64,000 nt of DNA from SAR202 cluster bacterium (GTDB lineage Bacteria > Chloroflexota > Dehalococcoidia > Lucifugimonadales > VXLM01), in the NCBI GenBank assembly GCA_022448725.1, contig JAKUTR010000010.1, forward strand, positions 7,540 to 71,539, given 5' to 3'. The notes beneath the pieces are model-generated. The model did no database searches. It was not told where the DNA came from and saw only the letters and a program-made list of their open reading frames with translations. Below are positions 60,343 through 64,000 of the stretch, piece after piece (position 1 is the first letter of the stretch; each line of letters begins with the position of its first letter). A program made the translations under genes and the position numbers.

Positions 60343-62076
60343 TTAGAACGGCTTGTACTGATTGACGATCGGCATCCGTCTGTCCCTACCAAAGTTACGC
60401 GGTGTTATCTTGACACCAGGGGGAGCCTGCCGACGCTTGTACTCGCTACGATCCACAAGTGTGACAACTTGTTGGACCATCTCTCTATCGAAGCCCAGAG
60501 CTACTATGTCATCCAGGCTACAGTCCTCTTCAACATAAGCTGTGAGTATAGGATCAAGAATTTCATAAGGCGGAAGTGAGTCTTGGTCGGTTTGATCAGG
60601 CCGAAGTTCTGCGCTTGGCGGCTTAATCAATACCGCTTCGGGAATAACATCATGACCACTGAGGCCATTCCTATAACGCGCTAGATCGTACACCATTGTT
60701 TTGGGAACATCCTTGATAACGGCATAGGCTCCAGCCATATCTCCATAAATAGTTGCGTATCCAACGGCAATTTCGCTTTTGTTTCCGGTGGTTAGTACAA
60801 GGCTTCCAAATTTGTTGGACATAGCCATTATTAGGTTGCCACGAATCCGAGACTGGAGGTTCTCTTCTGCTGTGTCGGGTTCTAATCCATGGAAATGTGA
60901 TTCAAGGGTACGTAGTGAGGAGGCAAACGCTTCCTCAATTGGGATTGACTTCATCTCGATACCCAGATTCTTACTTAATTGATGCGCGTCATTAATACTA
61001 CCTTCAGAGGAATATCTTGATGGCATTGAGACACCCGTAACGTTACTGGCACCTAAAGCATCTACCGCAACCGCAGCGACGATACTGGAATCTATCCCAC
61101 CAGACAGAGCTATAACTACCTTCTTGAATCCGGATTTCAAGACATAGTCACGGGTGCCTATTACAAGTGCAGCGTACACTTCTCCCACAGCATCATATCG
61201 GGTCGGAGACCGGCTCGGTATTGGCACCTTAGGGACGTGTTGTATCTTCGCAAGCGATATAACTTCAGGTATGCAAAACTCACCAACAACCGGTTCTTCA
61301 TTCACTGATATTTGAGTATCACCGACTACCAAATTCCGTACCATACCTAAGTCAAGATCTGAGACAACTAATTCCTCTTGGAATTGACTCCCTATCTCTA
61401 CTACATCACCTAGAGGGTCATGAATGATACTGGCCCCATCAAAAACAAGTTCATCCTGGCCACCGACCAAATTAAGGTATGCAACATAAACACAGTTCTC
61501 TGAAGCACGGGTAGCCAACATTTCCTCACGAGCCTCAATCTTACCGGTGTAAAAAGGTGAGGCACTTATGTTGACAATAAGTTCTGCCCCGGCAGATTTT
61601 TGAACGACTGTCGGTCCCACTGTGTGCCAAATATCTTCACAGATATTTATACCAACCGACGCTTCACCTATTTTGAATACTGGGCATCGATTTCCTGGCT
61701 TGAAGTAGCGCTCTTCATCAAAGACCCCGTAGTTTGGGAGATATATCTTACGGTAAACATGAGCTAGTTCCCCATCACAGGCAATAGCAGCAGCGTTATA
61801 TAGAGGTCCGTCGGAATCGACAAAACCCAATACCGCAGAAATCCCTTTGGATGCAGCTACCACCTCATGCATTCGCTTTTTGTTCTCTTCAACAAATTTG
61901 GACTTGAAAAGCAGGTCCTCAGGGGGATAGCCAGTGATAGCTAATTCTGGAAACGCAATCAGATCAGCGCCGAGTTCTCTCGCGCGTCGCATGTAATCAA
62001 TGACCTTAGCTGTATTACCATCTAGGTCACCAACAACAGTATTAATTTGAGCAAGGGCGATTCGGAAGGTACTCAT
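60343..62076 (-). CDS. nadE: glutamine-dependent NAD+ synthetase
   Basis: N-terminal nitrilase/CN-hydrolase domain (FPELAITGYPPEDL, ICEDIWH) and C-terminal NAD synthetase domain with P-loop SGGIDSS; 577 aa. Confidence 0.93.
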   Translation of the reverse strand: MSTFRIALAQINTVVGDLDGNTAKVIDYMRRARELGADLIAFPELAITGYPPEDLLFKSKFVEENKKRMHEVVAASKGISAVLGFVDSDGPLYNAAAIACDGELAHVYRKIYLPNYGVFDEERYFKPGNRCPVFKIGEASVGINICEDIWHTVGPTVVQKSAGAELIVNISASPFYTGKIEAREEMLATRASENCVYVAYLNLVGGQDELVFDGASIIHDPLGDVVEIGSQFQEELVVSDLDLGMVRNLVVGDTQISVNEEPVVGEFCIPEVISLAKIQHVPKVPIPSRSPTRYDAVGEVYAALVIGTRDYVLKSGFKKVVIALSGGIDSSIVAAVAVDALGASNVTGVSMPSRYSSEGSINDAHQLSKNLGIEMKSIPIEEAFASSLRTLESHFHGLEPDTAEENLQSRIRGNLIMAMSNKFGSLVLTTGNKSEIAVGYATIYGDMAGAYAVIKDVPKTMVYDLARYRNGLSGHDVIPEAVLIKPPSAELRPDQTDQDSLPPYEILDPILTAYVEEDCSLDDIVALGFDREMVQQVVTLVDRSEYKRRQAPPGVKITPRNFGRDRRMPIVNQYKPF

Positions 62077-62182
62077 ATATGTTTAAGCGTGACTCCCGCA
62101 GCCATATTTAGGTTTCCTGATCAACTTTAGATCCCAAACCTATTAGCCCACGGATACAGCTATGCAAATAGGATAATCCAGT

Positions 62183-63349
62183 TCACCTATTTTTAGATAC
62201 AAACTCAGCTATACGCTCCAAAGCACGCTGGAGATTTTCAGTAGAATTCGCGAAAGAAAATCGGATACAGCCCTCTCCGTATGCTCCAAAGGATTGCCCT
62301 GCAAGAGCGGCCACCCCATATTCTTGAAGCAGTTCATCAGCGAACTGTCTACTCGTCATACCGGTTCCTTGGATATTCGGGAAGGCGTAGAAAGCACCCT
62401 TGGGCATAGGACATCTGATACCTGGGATCGCATTTAAGCCGTTGACGAAAACGTCTCTGCGTGCTTTGAATTCATCACGGAAACGGTACGTTTCTTCCTG
62501 AGGGCCTTCCAACGCTTCTCTCGCTGCTACTTGAATCGCTGATGCCGTGTGGGAAACGCTGTTGGTGTTCAGCTTTACAAAGTGTTCTACTAGTGGCTCT
62601 GGCATTACGCCGTAGCCTACACGCCACCCCGTCATCGCGTAGGTTTTTGAAAATCCATCTAGAATGATACTTCGTTCCAACATGCCATCGTGACTTGCAA
62701 TACTCTTAAAGTCCCCTTCGAACATTAATCGGATATAGACCTCATCAGTTAATACCCACAAATTATTCTCTATCGCTAATTTTGCCAAATCTCTTAGAGT
62801 TTTCTCTTCAACAACACTGCCACAGGGATTGTTTGGTGAATTAACAATCATGAGCTTTGTCTTCGAGGTAATTGAATCTGCCACTTCACTAACATCGATA
62901 TCAAAATCACGCTCGGAGAGGAGTTTGATGGGCACCGGAACACCACCCACAAAATTGATCATTGACTCATAGATTGGGAATCCCGGATTAGGGTAAAGCA
63001 CCTCATCTCCTTCATCAACGAGAGCTAGCATGGAGTAGAACATGATGGGCTTCGCTCCGGAGGTAACCACAACGTTATCTGGGCCCACATCGATATTTCG
63101 TGTCTGGGATACCTCGTTAGCTATAACAGCTCGTAAATCAGGGGTACCGGCAGATGGTCCGTAGTGTGTATAACCATCTTTCAGGGCTTGAGCTCCTGCA
63201 TCTACAATGTTTGATGGAGTATCAAAGTCAGGCTCACCTATCTGCAGATGTATTATGTCTCGACCCTCTGCTTCAAGCGCCTTTGCTTTGGCGAGTACTT
63301 CGAAGGCAGTTTCAGTACCAAGCCGGCTCATTCGCTCAGCAATTTTCAT
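62183..63349 (-). CDS. pyridoxal-phosphate-dependent aminotransferase, class I (aspartate aminotransferase-like)
   Basis: PLP-Lys block GFSKTYAMTGWRVGY, NSPNNPCG and the C-terminal IRFSFA block. Confidence 0.9.
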   Translation of the reverse strand: MKIAERMSRLGTETAFEVLAKAKALEAEGRDIIHLQIGEPDFDTPSNIVDAGAQALKDGYTHYGPSAGTPDLRAVIANEVSQTRNIDVGPDNVVVTSGAKPIMFYSMLALVDEGDEVLYPNPGFPIYESMINFVGGVPVPIKLLSERDFDIDVSEVADSITSKTKLMIVNSPNNPCGSVVEEKTLRDLAKLAIENNLWVLTDEVYIRLMFEGDFKSIASHDGMLERSIILDGFSKTYAMTGWRVGYGVMPEPLVEHFVKLNTNSVSHTASAIQVAAREALEGPQEETYRFRDEFKARRDVFVNGLNAIPGIRCPMPKGAFYAFPNIQGTGMTSRQFADELLQEYGVAALAGQSFGAYGEGCIRFSFANSTENLQRALERIAEFVSKNR

Positions 63350-63462
63350 GTTTCCCTCTCAACCATTTCACTAACGCTAGTATACCATTGAGGTGATCGT
63401 GAACTGCCTCCCGGCAATTCATGATCTCTGTGAACAAGGCCTCCGTGATACAATCTTGACGT

Positions 63463-64000
63463 ATGAACGTATACCTAGGTGTGCCTCGAGGTTTTTGTGC
63501 TGGTGTGGTGATGGCAATTGACGTGGTCGAGATAGCACTCAGACGGTTAGGTCCACCGGTGTACATGAAACACCAGATCGTTCACAACCCATACGTTGTG
63601 GGGTCGCTTGAAAAAAAGGGCGCGATCACCGTTGAAAAGGTAGAGGAAATCCCTAACGGTTCAACAGTCGTGTTTTCTGCCCACGGCTCCCCGCCAGAAG
63701 ACTATCAAAATGCCAAGCGTAAAGGCCTGCATGTAGTAGACGCGACGTGTCCTTTAGTGACTAAAGTCCATAACGAAGCAAAAAAATACGACAGCGATGG
63801 ACGTAAACTCATCTTGGTTGGGCACAAGGGGCACCAAGAAGTGAAGGGCACTATGGGGCAACGCAACATGTTCCTGGTTGATGACAGGGCAGAATTGGAT
63901 CTCCCCGAATGGGCCCCGGAAACACCTGTAGCAGTGCTCACACAAACTACCCTGTCAGTTGATGACACCCAACAAGCCATCGGAGATATAACTGCAACAT
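63463..64000 (+). CDS. ispH: 4-hydroxy-3-methylbut-2-enyl diphosphate reductase, N-terminal part (3' end off-window)
   Basis: Hand translation from the ATG at 63463: MNVYLGVPRGFCAGVVMAIDVVE...VHNPYVV...VVFSAHG...VVDATCPLVTKVH...LVGHKGHQEV. Absent from the ORF track because the frame has no stop inside the window. Confidence 0.9.
   Translation, partial: MNVYLGVPRGFCAGVVMAIDVVEIALRRLGPPVYMKHQIVHNPYVVGSLEKKGAITVEKVEEIPNGSTVVFSAHGSPPEDYQNAKRKGLHVVDATCPLVTKVHNEAKKYDSDGRKLILVGHKGHQEVKGTMGQRNMFLVDDRAELDLPEWAPETPVAVLTQTTLSVDDTQQAIGDITAT

Overview
The window reads as ordinary chromosomal core DNA from a free-living bacterium. The 16S sequence, the unlinked rRNA layout and the many amidohydrolase-type genes suggest a Chloroflexota, possibly SAR202-like, marine lineage. 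That placement is from reading the 16S by eye only; no database search was possible.

I can support about 60 protein genes, one 16S rRNA and one tRNA-Ala(UGC).
- Housekeeping genes: thyX, mutS, rplS-priA, nusA-infB-rbfA-truB, rplU-rpmA-rpmE, a complete F1Fo atp operon (atpZ-like, B, E, F, H, A, extra ORF, G, D, C), rex, citrate synthase, trmI, gcvT-H-PA-PB, nadE and ispH (partial).
- Transport: modABC, an ABC-2 exporter, an MsbA-like exporter and an EamA transporter.
- Small-molecule catabolism: amidohydrolases, an HpcH aldolase, an acyl-CoA dehydrogenase, GGT, a creatininase-family protein, a BNR propeller and a DapA-like lyase.

I found no CRISPR array, transposase, integrase, prophage or recognisable defence system, and no clearly novel multi-gene system.

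The most unusual signals cluster around the ATP synthase locus:
- (i) a ~130-aa His/Asp-rich insertion with near-perfect 45-nt tandem repeats in the a-subunit gene;
- (ii) a small receiver-like ORF that lacks the phospho-acceptor residues, wedged between atpA and atpG;
- (iii) Rex-box-like inverted repeats over the atp promoter and upstream of rex;
- (iv) rex lying convergent to atpC with only 2 nt between the stop codons, while the first good + strand terminator lies beyond rex.

Other points of interest:
- a self-contained 16S unit (promoter, processing stem, its own terminator) with no 23S or 5S in the next 51 kb;
- a fusion of a GNAT domain with a cytidylate-kinase-like domain;
- a NusA with a long acidic tail, a basic tip and a perfect 27-nt duplication;
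- a terminator hairpin in the nusA leader;
- a 47-aa zinc-ribbon gene missing from the ORF track.

Functional calls rest on motifs recognised by eye in the translations. Many start codons were re-chosen from RBS position or overlap logic and are approximate.
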